This document shows positions 38,391 through 51,564 of a stretch of 64,000 nt of DNA, piece by piece. Both the position numbers and the translations under genes were made by a program. The notes beneath the pieces were generated by a model. It was not told the DNA's origin. It searched no databases and saw only the letters and a list, made by a program, of their open reading frames with translations. The DNA comes from Octopus vulgaris (Eukaryota). The stretch lies in the NCBI GenBank assembly GCA_951406725.2, contig OX597819.1:11036001-11100000 (forward strand). Reading direction: 5' to 3'. How positions within the stretch are numbered: the first letter of the stretch is position 1; each line of letters opens with the position of its first letter.

Positions 38391-38632
38391 TGTGGCACGT
38401 AAAAAGCACCATCTGTCCGTGGCCGTTTGCCAGCTCCATCTGGCACCTGTGCGGGTGGCACGTAAAAAGCACCCACTACACTCTTGGAGTGGTTGGCGAT
38501 AGGAAGGGCATCCAGCCGTAGAAACACTACCAGATCAGACTGGGCCTGATGCAACCTTCTGGCTTCACAGACCCCAGTTAAACCATCCAACCCATGCTAG
38601 CATGGAAAGCGGATGCTAAATGATGATGATGA
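38391..38632 (+). mobile_element. RTE 3' UTR fragment (family D)
   Basis: Ends in (TGA)n. Confidence 0.85.
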
Positions 38633-38651
38633 TTATTATTGATATTATCAT

Positions 38652-38990
38652 TGAGCGAGAGAGCATTGCATGCCATCAAAATGACACTGGGGTACAAATA
38701 TACAAAGCCCAATATACGCATCTTGATTACCTATCTAATAAGGGTACACCAGACACATGCATCACAACCGTATGTGATAATTTCATATCAAGATAAACAG
38801 TGCATGGTCTTGCAAATAGGGCCCAGTTAGAATTTTCTTCAGATCGAGTAGCGTATCCTGCTCAAAAGGTCTCTAAATAAAGTTTGTTTAAGGATGATGA
38901 ACAAAACATCCATGTTTCCAAAGGTGAATTATTCAAACCCCAAAGAATTCCTCTCAACAGAGGGCTATGATACTCCCCTACTACTTCTGC
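38652..38990 (-). mobile_element. Repeat family E, truncated
   Basis: Homologous to 26977-27320. Confidence 0.75.
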
Positions 38991-40284
38991 TTGGCATGAA
39001 GTATTGACAAGTTTATGATATCCCACTCTGATGATTATGTCCAGGCAATTTAAGAACAATAGATCATCACCAAGCACTTGCAACATAAAAAGCAGAAAAC
39101 ACTGACCAACAATTATAGGCTGTGCAAAACTGAAATTGAAAACATCAACCACATTATTGCCAACTGTTAGAGAATGTCTTCTAGATACCATTTTCCCATG
39201 AGGCATGGTGTGCTGACCTGAAGAGCCTAGAACAGAATAAGAAAAAGGAAATTACCAACAGTCAACGTTGACTATATTGAGACTGATGGGTCGGAAGAAT
39301 ATTAGTGGAACTTAAAAATTAAAACAGCTTCCAAGTTAAAACACTGATCAAATATTATTATATCGGACAATGAAAAATATACTCTGTGGTGGAAATCAGC
39401 TGTCCTCTGGACACCAATGTCATCAAAAAGAAAATAAATGCTCAAATAAACTGGAGCATCTATGAGACAAGACAACAGAAGCAATCTCCATATTACAGAG
39501 AAATTTGATATCATAACTTGAGTCCAAATATTTAACAGCGGTGGTGCCCCAGCATGGCCACGGCCTTCGGGCTAAAACATTTTTGAGGATTTAAGGATTT
39601 AAGTAAACATTTGAACATTAGGAAAAAAGAAAAAAACACTTTCTCTCCCTACCTACACAAACAACAGTTTAAACTGGGAAATTTCAAATGTAATTCCTTG
39701 TCAACTTTACTACCTATCCTGTCAGGATAAATTAACATATAATATATATAACAGATATAATGTTGATATCTATAACAGAATAAAAATGTTACTTCTTTAT
39801 TTGATCATGGGCACTCATGCTTGAATGCAAAGCCATGTACATATAACACACATCACATGATTTGTAAAGTACTTTCATGAATTCACAATTTCATGAATTT
39901 AGAAACACTTAAAAACTCTGTAAACCCCATAAAATGATCAGTATACACATGCACATACATTCACAAAAGTGCAGCTGTGTGATGCACATTGTATATATTT
40001 ATATAAGAGTATGTGGAATGTATTTGTAGAGTGCACTTAAAGTATATTTATGCAAAACCTATAAAAACATTTTACCAACACTTACAAAAACCAATATAGA
40101 AAGTGATCATTAAACTATGATGATGATAGTGATGATCATGTATGAACAAGTACTAAGTGATGTTAAGTGCGTAAATTGATAGGATTACTTACTCAATATC
40201 AGGAATATTAAATCCATGATATGTAATGGTTGTTGCGACATTGATAATTCAGTAAGACTGTTTAAGGTACAGTACTATCCAGAC

Positions 40285-40667
40285 GGAGGCGCAATGGCCC
40301 AGTGGTTAGGGCAGCGGACTCATGGTCGTAGGATCGCGGTTTCGATTCCCAGACCGGGCGTTGTGAGTGTTTATTGAGCGAAAACACCTAAAGCTCCACG
40401 AGGCTCCGGCAGAGGATGGTGGTGATCCCTGCTGTACTCTTTCACCACAACTTTTCTCACTCTTACTTCCTGTTTCTGTTGTACCTGTATTTCAAAGGGG
40501 CCGGCCTTGTCACTCTCTGTGTCACACTGAATATCCCCGAGAACTACGTTAAGGGTGCACGTGTCTGTGGAGTGCTCAGCCACTTACTCGTTAATTTCAC
40601 GAGCAGGCTGTTCCGTTGATTCGGATCACCTGGAAGCCTCATCATCGTAACCGACGGAGTGCTTCCA
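40285..40667 (+). mobile_element. SINE family B
   Basis: Full-length copy; ACTATCCAGAC repeated on both flanks. Confidence 0.9.
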
Positions 40668-41177
40668 ATAACACTATCCAGACACAAACTAGGATAAGTG
40701 AGTTCAGGAGGCAAAGCTTAGAAAGGAAAGCAATAAGAGGAAGCTGTCTCTGAAAGATCAGGTAAAGATTGCAAAAGCTTACTTTACTCCAGAGATACTA
40801 TCATCTGCCTATAATACTTTTTATGCCCAAAACTTCAAACCAAATTGAAAGGTTTCACCTTCTACTTTTCTTGAAGCTAAGATAAGTTGTATAGACAGTA
40901 AACTGGTGTAAACTTTCAATATTGTTACAGAAATAAATTTGTCTCATTTTTTTTATCAATCAGTGATAAAATGATTTTAAAAAATATTGATATATACTTG
41001 ACAGTTTGTAAAATTACTTACGGTATCATTTCATTTCTTCATGACATTATCAGCTTTTCTGTGTAAATTAATCAAGTCCAATTCATCGTGCATCATCATT
41101 TTGTGGGACAACCTCATGCCTCCAAGTTTTAGTTTGTGGAAGCTAATGAGGTTTAGCTTCGGTGGGTATTATAAAGT

Positions 41178-41396
41178 ACTTCATTTTTACAAACAATAAT
41201 TTTGCAATACAATATCTGTGATAATCAAATAAAATAAATGATTTAAGGATTTAAGTAAACATTTTGAACATTAGGAAAAAAGAAAAACACTTTCTCTCCC
41301 TACCTACTCAAACAACAGTTTAAACTGTGAAATTTCAAATTTTATTTGATTATCACAGATATTGCATTGCAAAATTATTGTTTGTAAAAATGAAGT
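41178..41396. repeat. 58-bp inverted repeat whose spacer duplicates 39588-39689
   Basis: Arms 41178-41235 / 41339-41396; 41240-41340 nearly identical to 39588-39689. Confidence 0.85.
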
Positions 41397-41881
41397 TTTA
41401 AAACAGAGAATATATATTTTCATACTGTCAGCAAACAGTTAAGAATGACAATACAATATTTTGCATTAGTAGTCTATCAGAATGAGAAAAAATTAGAGTT
41501 GAGTTCACCATACCCTGAGCAGATTACACAGATAGCATAATTCACTGCTGTGGTCAACAGTTGAACTGAAGAATTAGCAAGAGATTTGTTAGATTTCAAT
41601 GTGAAATTTAGTCATTCCTAAGGAAAAGTTTGTTGTACTTTATCCCAAGAGAGATCTTTCATCTGCTTTATGTTACTGAAACCAAAGTTTTACACAAAAT
41701 CTCTGGTAGCCAACGATTAAAGAACAGATATTCCCTAGCATGGGATACAGGAACAATATAGGTGAAATAATGAAATGCAAACAGACAGGTGCAACAAAAC
41801 ACCTTAAAGAGTAGAAATCATTTGATAACATTAGAGGAGGAAGTTTTGGAAGCTCTTCTTAAATTTTTTTTTATTATTAAA

Positions 41882-42278
41882 CTAGCAGTATCGCCCGGCG
41901 TTGCTCGGATTTGTAAGGGAAATAACTATATAAGCATTTTTAGAGAATTATAGCCAAAAAACAGCAAAAAAATGCATTAAAAATGGAAAAAAATTATGGT
42001 AAATTTTTTTTTAAATCGTTGACTCATCGTAGACATTTTTAGAGAGTTACCTCCCTTATATAATAGCGAAAAAAATGCATTAAAATGGAAAAAAATGATG
42101 GTAAATTTTTTTAAAATCGTAGACTCATCGTAGACGCGTGCTAATACCCAGAAGGGCTCGATATGAATCATGACTATAAGATACCCGGTTCTGGTTAAAC
42201 TGCATCGCAAAATGTGGGAGTAGTTAGGAATCTAAATCGTAGGAGACAGACACACAACTTGACTTTTATATATAAAGA
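41882..42278 (-). mobile_element. Non-autonomous Helitron
   Basis: Minus strand A|TC start, GC hairpin and CTAG|T end; internal ~75-bp duplication. Confidence 0.85.
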
Positions 42279-42827
42279 TACTACTATGTAGTATTTTATG
42301 CAGCTATAAAACTGGTAAATATTGAAATTTACAAACTTATCCATCTTATGTCATATTCAAAAGCAAGAAAAATATTAGGAATCTATAGAAGAAAGGAAGA
42401 AAACAATACTTGCAGAAGAATCAGATTTTAAAATGAAAGCAATGATTATGATGAGGATAATGCACTAAAATATAAATTTTGTAACTACTCATTTTTAACG
42501 TTCAAAATATCTAGAATTACCTGAAGAAAGTAAACCAAGTAACACAAGCTGCACTGAAACAAGTTATTCGCTAGTTTCCTGAAGCAAATTTGAAAAATAT
42601 TTCTGGTATAAGTTATATAAACTCATTATGATCATAGCAATTAAGCATAATTATGAACCCTAATTAATAATGTTTCATTTTTGAAAATATAGAAACTGTA
42701 CTTTGGAGTTTTATTTATTGATTTTTTTACTCAAAAATCAATAAAAATACGATGAAATAGAATGACATTCGTGCTTTTCTTAGAGGTTCTCAAAAATATT
42801 ATCAAAATAAGTAGTAATGATGAATAG

Positions 42828-43249
42828 GCGCAGGAGTGGCTGTGTGGTAAGTAGCTTGCTTACCAGCCACTGGGTTCCGCGTTCAGTCCCACTGCGTGGC
42901 ACTTTGAGCAAGTGTCTTCTACTATAGCCTCGGGCCAACCAAAGCCTTGTGAGTGGATTTGCTAGACGGAAACTGAAAGAAGCCCGTCGTATATATGTAT
43001 ATGTATGTGTGTGTGTTTATGTGTGTGTTTATGTGTTTCTGTTTGTCACCCCCCCCCAACATCACTTGACAACTGATGCTGGTGCGTTTACATCCCCGTA
43101 ACTTAGCAGTTCGGCAAAAGAGACCTATAGAATAAGTACTAGGCTTACAAAGAATAAGTCCTGGGGTCGATTTTCTCGACTAAAGGCGGTGCTCCAGCAT
43201 GGCCACAGTCAAATGACTGAAACAATCAAAAGAGTAAAAGAGTAAAGAG
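42828..43249 (+). mobile_element. SINE family A
   Basis: Full-length copy. Confidence 0.9.
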
Positions 43250-44078
43250 CTACAACGGAATGATGAAACTAGGTCATGGGATGAGCCAACAAAGAAGTTA
43301 CATAACCGGCAAGAAAGAATAGTTAAACACTCTCAACTCACACCCTACCATCTTTAAAAGAGAAGGCTGCATCATTTAATAGAGCCTTAATTACTTTATG
43401 CCTTAAAAATCAAAGACAAGATGGTCACAGCTGATACGTCTTTGGTCTGTTTGATCAGAGCTGACACCTTTGGCTGAAAAACAACAACTGGGTCCCTAAA
43501 GTTTCCATTTTTTTTTTACAGTTCTAACTCACCATATTGTTCATTAATTAAAATGAGTAATCATCTTCATCATCATTTTTATGTTTGCTTTTTCTATGTG
43601 ACATGGAATGGCCACTGGCTGGATGCCTTCCCTGAAACCGAAACTTATTTGCATTCCAAGAAACCAACGGAGCATTCGGCCTTCAAAGTACTTTATTTTA
43701 TAGAAGGCATAAACAATGGTGCAGCTGCTCAAACAGTGATGATGTGAAGATATAGGAAAACAAAGACTTGCACACACAAATGTATGTGCATGCACACACA
43801 CACATTTAAAGAAATAGATGGATATAAATGTTAATATACATGATGAGCTTCTTTACTTTTTCTGTCAACTAAATTTCACTAACAAAGCATTGATTTGCCC
43901 ATCACTGCCATGCACTTTAATGGAACTCTAATCCATGTGGTGATTGCAAAACAAGTATCATAACCACACAGCCATGATTGGAAGGGCATTCATCATGCTA
44001 GTTATACTATCTAATCAAACTCTATGCACTGATCACCAGCATTAGCAACTGTCTATAATAATGTTCATTAATATATAT

Positions 44079-44306
44079 GTTTCTTTACTACCCACAAGGG
44101 GCTAAACATAGAGGAGACAAACAAGAACAGACAAACGAATTTAAGTCGATTATATCGACCCCAGTGTGTAACTGGTACTTAATTTATCGACCCCGAAAGG
44201 ATGAAAGGCAAAGTCGACCTCGGTGGAATTTGAACTCAGAACGTAATGGTAGACGAAATACGGCTACGCATTTCGCCCGGCATGCTAACGGTTCTGCCAG
44301 CTCACC
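44079..44306 (-). mobile_element. SINE family C
   Basis: Reverse complement of 7042-7271. Confidence 0.85.
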
Positions 44307-45016
44307 ATTCATTAATATATAGCAGAAGCTAGATCATTTCGTTGTATAGCCCAATGGTCAGCCTAAAAGGCTACCTTTCTGAACTTTTGCAAATTGCATG
44401 CTTAGTCTGGCCAGTCTCACCCAGAAATAGGGTGAAGGGAAATTGTCCTCGAAAGCTTGGGCAGAGGCAGCTGACAGCTGTTGTGATGTTTAGGAGACAT
44501 CTGGCCATCAGTTGCAACTATTGTGAGGATTGCTCCACCACTTATCTTCAACCAGAAACGGCAAACAGAATTTCACTTTCTAGTACCCTAGCAAAAGATT
44601 GGCAGACAACATTAAAAACCCCCGAAGACAAACTCATTCCTCTTCAGCCAAAACTTCATCAAATTCTTCGAGTTCTACTAAGAGAAGGTGAATAGGGAGT
44701 TGCTTTCTTACAGTAAATTTGGAGGAAGATGCATGAGTGACAAGAACGGCCTGCATGAATGAATCTACTTTCAGCATCCAGCTGTAGGACAGAGAAGATG
44801 GCGAGGAGAGGGTACTTGCCTTTGGTGGTTAGGGTAAACATGTATTTGTGGCTGTATTCAGTTTGCTCTATGTGGCTGTTCTCTGATTGGATGTTCCATA
44901 TTGTAAATTCCTTATATTTTTGTTTTTCATGTAAAACTTCAGTTTTTGTAATCTCTCACTGTTCGTCCCCTCATTCATCCTCCTTGTGACAAATGACAAG
45001 AATCATCATCATAATA

Positions 45017-45440
45017 GGCGCAGGAGTGGCTGTGTGGTAAGTAGCTTACTAACCAACCACATGGTTCCGGGTTCAGTCCCACTGCGTGGCATCTTGGGCA
45101 AGCGTCTTCTGCTATAGCACCGGGCCGACCAATGCCTTGTGAGTGGATTTGGTAGACGGAAACTGAAAGAAGCCTGTCGTATATATGTGTATATATATAT
45201 ATATATATGTATGTGTGTGGGTGCTTGTGTGTCTGTTTGTCCCCCTAGCATTGCTTGACAACCAATACTGGTGTGTTTACGTCCCCGTCACTTAGCGGTT
45301 CGGCAAAAGAGACTGATAGAATAAGTACTGGGCTTACAAAGAATAAGTCCCGGGGTCGATTTGCTCGACTAAAAAGGCGGTGCTCCAGCATGGCCGCAGT
45401 CAAATGACTGAAACAAGTAAAAGAGTAAAGAGTAAAGAGT
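45017..45440 (+). mobile_element. SINE family A
   Basis: Full-length copy. Confidence 0.9.
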
Positions 45441-45528
45441 ATAATCATCATCATTATCATCATCATCCTCATCATCATTATATATTTTGACAGTACAATG
45501 ACTGAAAGATTTCTTCTTCTATTTCAAG

Positions 45529-45590
45529 TACTAAATATTATCTGAAAAAACAAAAATGTGTCAAGTGTTGTCCAGGATTTACTGAAATCG
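45529..45590 (+). CDS. Host exon: end of an EMI-like domain of a multi-EGF extracellular protein (MEGF6/EGFL-type architecture)
   Basis: Pyrimidine tract + AAG acceptor, GTAAGT donor; TKYYLKKQKCVKCCPGFTEI; phase-1 end fits the next exon. Confidence 0.7.
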
Positions 45591-46472
45591 GTAAGTGCTA
45601 TTTATTGAGTTGCTGACAATCACAAAAGGTTCATGAATTATTAAGTTGCATGTGTATATGCGTATAGATACATGTATCTATATATGTATAAATGTAAGCA
45701 GGTGTGTGCAAGAATGTATATATATATAGTATGTATGTATTTATGTGTGTATACATGCATATATATATCTGATATATGTATGTAAACATGCATGTGCATG
45801 CACACGTATACATACATGTAAGCATGTATGCACAGAAGTCCTTTTGTGTCAGTTATTCTGAATTGGGAAAGTGACATTTTACTTAATTTTTAATTCCCAA
45901 AGTGTGGTATTGGATATGTAAGAAGATGTAGAACACCAATTCCTCTATTAAATATTCAATTACTATCAGCTAACATCAATGTAGCATCATATTTAGCATA
46001 TACATGTTGGTGCTATTAAGTTAGACATGGCCTGGGCCAATAATGGCCGAAACCTATCAAAGTATCAAAGTATATCAAAGTATACACTAATTATAAAAGA
46101 ATAGCTGTTAATTTCTTTCACCACTATTCTCTGTGTATTAACCAAACAATCAAAAACCATATGAATACTAAACTGAAACATACTATGAAGACAATATCAC
46201 AATATCACTAGTTTTACTTCAGTTGCTGGGATTTCATAGAAACTATACTTAAGGGGAGATTTGGTAGGTGATATACTAGGATGAGTACCCATTGCCTTCT
46301 CATAGTGCATGAAGGTGAAGATATTAAGCTCAGCTATACAAGTTTGTAAACCACACATATAATCTACCTGCTGCTTTCAACTAAGAATGACAAAGCTTCC
46401 TTAATGGAATTTATCATCCAGGGAATCAAGTGTCTTTGAAAAGAAAATAGAATACACTACTTCTAGGGATAG

Positions 46473-46474
<2 letters not shown>

Positions 46475-46511
<37 letters not shown>

Positions 46512-46860
46512 TTAGCGTCCGTTTTCCATGCTAGCATTTGTTGGACGGTTCAACTGGGGTCTGGGAAGCCAGAAGGCTGCATCAGGCCCAGTCTGATCTG
46601 GCAGTGTTTCTACGGCTGGATGCCCTTCCTAATGCCAACCACTCCGTGAGTGTAGTGGGTGCTTTTTACGTGCCACCCGCACAGGTGCCAGACGGAGCTG
46701 GCAAACGGTCATGAACGGATGGTGCTTTTTACATGCCACCGGCACGGGGGCCAGGCGAGGCTGGCAAATGGCCACGAACGGATGGTGCTTTTTACGTGCC
46801 ACCGGCACGGGGGCCAGGCGAGGCTGGCAACAGCCACAATCGGATGGTGCTTTTTACGTA
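46475..46860 (-). mobile_element. RTE 3' UTR fragment (family D)
   Basis: (CAT)n plus three ~60-bp repeats. Confidence 0.85.
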
Positions 46861-47195
46861 CCAAATATAAACAAATAACTCTTTAAGCTGGTTGTATGGG
46901 TTTGTGTTCTCTCAAATATCTGCAGTAGTACAGTAGAAGTAGTACAACAATAGTTGTACAGCAGCAGTATAGTACACAACAAACATGGTATAATGACAAT
47001 GGTTATGGTACATCAGTAGTGTATGGCATCAATAGCAAATAATAGTAGTAGAATAGCAGTTGTACAATGATAGTAGTAAAATGACTATGGCACAACAGCA
47101 GTAGTACAATAGCAGTACTGTTGTAGTAGTACATTGACAGTAATATGCAGAAATACACTAGTAGTGGTAAAATGGTACATTTGTACAATGGTAGT

Positions 47196-47582
47196 GGATG
47201 GAAGCACTCCGTTGGTTACGACGATGAAGGGTTCCGGTTGATCCGAATCAACGGAACAGCCTGCTCGTGAAATTAACGTGTAAGTGGCTGAGTACTCCAC
47301 AGACACGTGTACCCTTAACGTAGTTCTCGGGGATATTCAGCGTGACACAGAGAGTGACAAAGCCGGCCCTTTGAAATACAGGTACAACAGAAACAGGAAG
47401 TAAGAGTGAGAGAAAGTTGTGGTGAAAGAGTACAGCAGGGATCACCACCATCCCCTGCCAGAGCCTCGTGGAGCTTTAGGTGTTTTCGCTCAATAAACAC
47501 TCACAACGCCCGGTCTGGGAATCGAAACCGCGATCCTATGACCACAAGACCACTGCCCTAACCACTGGGCCATTGCACCTCC
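47196..47582 (-). mobile_element. SINE family B
   Basis: Full-length reverse-complement copy. Confidence 0.9.
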
Positions 47583-48264
47583 GCACAATGGTAGTAGTCT
47601 GCTGGTAGTTGTACAATGCTAGATGTAGAGGGAGTGCAGAGTAGCATATTGACATTAGAATCATTGTTGCTAATATAGGCACAGGGACTGAAATTTAGTG
47701 GAATGGGTTAGCTAATTAAATCAACCCAGTGCTTGACTGGTAGTTTATCTTACCTAATTTTGTGGCAGTAGTACTCTTGTGACAGCAGTACTACCCTGCA
47801 CATCTGACTTGGAAAATAGTCTACCACTCTTTCCCAAACCCAGTAAATGCATCTTTTACTTTTCGCTTCTACTGTACCTACTCTGACCATCCTTGTACTA
47901 ACTACTTTACTCAATATATCCTACCCAGAACCTGCTTTCTTGCCCAATCTATTAAGACATAAACCCACAGAAAATTTCACAAGGCAATAACTACTTCAAC
48001 CACTTGAGTCTGGGAGGACTTCAAGGACCATTTCCAATCTGATAATGATAATAATTTCTTTCATTGGCACAAGGCCAGAAATTCAGGAGAAGTGATTCAT
48101 TATATTACATCGTGTGTGTGTGTGTGTGTCTGTGTGAAGAGGAGGAGAAGGAGGAGAGGAGGAGCCCTTTTTACTTCAGGAATTAGGCTCTGAACTACAT
48201 CTGGTAGTGGGATTCTGGTTCAGGAGTTCCAGGGTTTTAACAAGTACAGAACCACTTTTTTACA

Positions 48265-48915
48265 CAGTCCTGATGAAACAGGACCCCTTTTGTCAATTTT
48301 CCAGGGTTTTTGGTCTTGATAGCCTATTGTAAGAAAGTCAATAAACACATTGCGTTTTGCATCCCCCAAAGCTAAGGCCATCACCTTCCCTGCAGATGAA
48401 ATGGCCTTGGACTTCTTTGGAGCAGGGAAGGAGGGATGTTTCCACTGCATGGATTGTCTCTTTGTCTATGTGATGGCTTAGGAAAGGTTCAAGGAAACCA
48501 GCTGGATCTACCTCAAACAATGTTAGATTTTTCCAGTGATATGACCAGCCTGGTTTGTTGTTCATTAAGTGTCAGAAGACGTAGCATCCACTAAACAGAA
48601 AGCTTTATCATGCCATTCTCTTTGTGCAGAATATTCTCAACTGTCATGGGATATGCTAATTGCATTAATTATTTGATTTATAGCCAATTGCTTGTGATCC
48701 ACCACCATGTGGTGAAGACAATGAATATTTTCCTCAGCGGTGGCAGTTGCAAGATGTCCAGACCTTGGGTCATCTTAAAGACTCTCCATTCCACTCCTAA
48801 ATTCAGCTTTGCACTGTTGATAAAGCTGAAGTGTCATCCTCTCATGTAGCAACCATGTCAATATGAATGTCATTAGGGTCTAGACCCTTTTTCTGAAGGT
48901 ACTTGACTTGATAAC
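48265..48915 (-). pseudogene. Degenerate mariner transposase
   Basis: MQWKHPS.PAPKK.K...SAGKVMA....DAK..VFIDFL motif. Confidence 0.8.
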
Positions 48916-49319
48916 ACCACAATGCCAAATTTTGTCCAGTTTCAAGGGAAGTCACTACTAGTTACTTTTGAAGTCTTCTTTGAATGGTCAGGCATTAGTT
49001 AACTTCTTTGAAAAAAACAATGCAGAGTTGAAATTAATGCATGCAAGGTTTCACAGCTTTAGCATCACTCCTTCATAGTCAGACTATGAACTTTTCAGTC
49101 CCCATTTGTAAAGGAGCCAACCCATGGATAAAATTGTATGCTAATAAGAGGATATAGAAAAAGGATGTACTGAGAATGGCAGCAATTAGGAATGATTGAA
49201 ACAACAGAGCAATGAATATGCAAGCAAGCCAGAATGATAAGAAAGAAAGGCTGGTTAACATTTGCAACTGAAAATACCTCAGAAAAGAGTATTTGAAGAC
49301 AATGACAATTCTGAAAACC

Positions 49320-49640
49320 ATGTGCCGGTGGCACATAAAAAGCACCATCCGAACGTTGCCAGCGCTGCCTTGGCTGGCTTCTGTGCCGCTGGCACGTTAA
49401 AAGCTCCAACCGATCGTGGCCGATGCCGGACCCCCCCTGGCACCTGTGCAGGTGGCACGTAAAAAGCACCCACTACACTCGCGGAGTGGTTGGTGTTAGG
49501 AAGGGCATCCAGCCGTAGAAACTCTGTCAGATCAGACTGGAGCCTGGAGCAGCCTTCTGGCTTCCCAGACCCCGGTCAAACCGTCCAACCCGTGCTAGCG
49601 CGGAAAATGGACGTTAAACGATGATGATGATGATGACGAT
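49320..49640 (+). mobile_element. RTE 3' UTR fragment (family D)
   Basis: Ends in (TGA)n. Confidence 0.85.
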
Positions 49641-49963
49641 AATATTGCAAATAAAGAAGAGCTAACCAACACCAATACAACTCCTCAAAATGCAGAAGTG
49701 ATTTACATCAATCTAACTGAGATATGAACAATAATAGATACAGCCAACAGAGATTGAAGAGAAAATGATTATAGATCAAGTGGTAGAGACAGTGAAGTCA
49801 GAGAACTTTGGAGTGCTGATGCAGCAATCAAGTAAATTAAACATGATCTTAAAGTATATACACGTAAACAATATTACTAAAACTAACAAACTTATTAAGT
49901 AAGCATGTATAATGGTGGAAGAAAATAAGACATTTCAAGTGATGTTTACTAAGTAAAGGGAAT

Positions 49964-50129
49964 AGGCGCAGGAGTGGCTGTGTGGTAAGTAGCTTGCTAA
50001 CCAACCACATGGTTCCGGGTTCAGTCCCACTGCGTAGCATCTTGGGCAAGTGTCTTCTACTATAGCCCTGGGCCGACCAATGCCTTGTGAGTGGATTTGG
50101 TAGACAGAAACTGAAAGAAGCCTGTCGTA

Positions 50130-50168
<39 letters not shown>

Positions 50169-50380
50169 ATGTCTGTGTTTGTCTCCCTAGCATTGCTTGA
50201 CAACCGATGCTGGTGTGTTTACGTCCCCGTCACTTAGCGGTTCGGCAAAAGAGACCGATAGAATAAGTAATGGGCTTACAAAAAATAAGTCCCGGGGTCG
50301 ATTTGCTCGACTAAAGGCGGTGCTCCAGCATGGCCGCAATCAAATGACTGAAACAAGTAAAAGAGAAAAAGAGAAAGAGA
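49964..50380 (+). mobile_element. SINE family A
   Basis: Full-length copy. Confidence 0.9.
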
Positions 50381-50384
50381 GACA

Positions 50385-51560
50385 GAATAGAAGGGTGAAC
50401 AAAGAACCATGGTGGAAGAGAAATATATTTGGAGGCATAAAAAGGAATTAATGTCAGTAACTGAAAGAAGGAAAGGAGAACTGCAGAATTATCACAAGTA
50501 CGACATGCTGAAACAAAAGTTCAGTATTGATTTCAGAAGGTTACTGGTAGTAATTGAGGAACTAAAACAGTGGGTGCAAGCCAAGAGAGCAAAACTTGCT
50601 CGATATGATGAGAGATTCAAAGAGAATAAAACAGATAAAACAGACTCTTCAAAGTTGACCAAGAAAGATTTTATCAAGAAATAAACAGAGAAACAGACAC
50701 CACAAATGCAGAGGATAGACAAAGATTTGGGAATGGGATATGAGGGAAGAAGAAACACAACACTAACGCACAGTGGCTATGTAACATGAAATAAGTATAA
50801 ATCCTCTACAAGAAGATATTGAGATAAACAAGGAGGATGTTGGATGTATAAGTTGGAAGATGAACAAGAGGGAAACAGCAAGCCCAAATTGAGTTCAGGG
50901 ATACTGGGTGAAGAAATTTACTGAATGTTAATAAATGATTGCAGAACAGTTATGCTTATTACATCAAAATCACACAGAAATCCTAAGTTGGTTGACTGGG
51001 GGGCGGAAAAGTAATGTACCAGAAAGTAGTATCAAGGGAAATGCTGTTGACTATTTTAGACCAATATTCTGACTGCCTGTCATGTGGAAGCTGGTTGCTG
51101 AAATACTGATAGATGCAATGTGTGAGTTCAAGGACCAGAATATTCATATCAGAAGAGTTGTTTCTTCTGGTTAAAGTCTACAAATGTAGATGCAGGGAAA
51201 CCAAGATTAACCACCGATCGATAAAACACTGCAAAAAGCACAAAACAGACTTAGGGATGGTGTAGATAGACTACCAGAAAGCATATGATATGGATCCTCA
51301 TTTGTAGATTATGGGCTGCAGGAAAATAGTTGGAATTGTTCTTATCATGAATTCATTGAACTAAAGTATGAGGGGATGCACCACTGAAATCACATCAAGG
51401 AAGTTGAGTTTGTCAAAAATCAAATATGGACTCTTCCAAAAAATGGCTCCTCATCATTGCTTTTTGACTTTGAGAAACATGAATGCCAAGTACAAGTTCA
51501 AGGAAAGAAAAGATACAATCCATCATCTTTTCATGGACAAACTTAGCCTTGTCATGAATT
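50385..51560 (+). pseudogene. Old degenerate R4/Dong LINE
   Basis: VIEELKQ....K.AKLARY; QGYWVKKF; FRPI..LPVMWKL; IDYQKAYD; IHHLFMD across stops and frameshifts. Confidence 0.7.
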
Positions 51561-51564
51561 AACT

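Noticed and set aside
43505-43560. Strong acceptor TTTTTTTTTACAG upstream of the EMI exon
   Set aside because: No good donor or phase-compatible frame identified; the upstream exons of the gene were not found
46660-46860. Repeat-spacer-like ~60-bp array resembling CRISPR
   Set aside because: Spacers are homologous to each other, the array is part of an RTE 3' UTR, the context is eukaryotic and there are no cas genes
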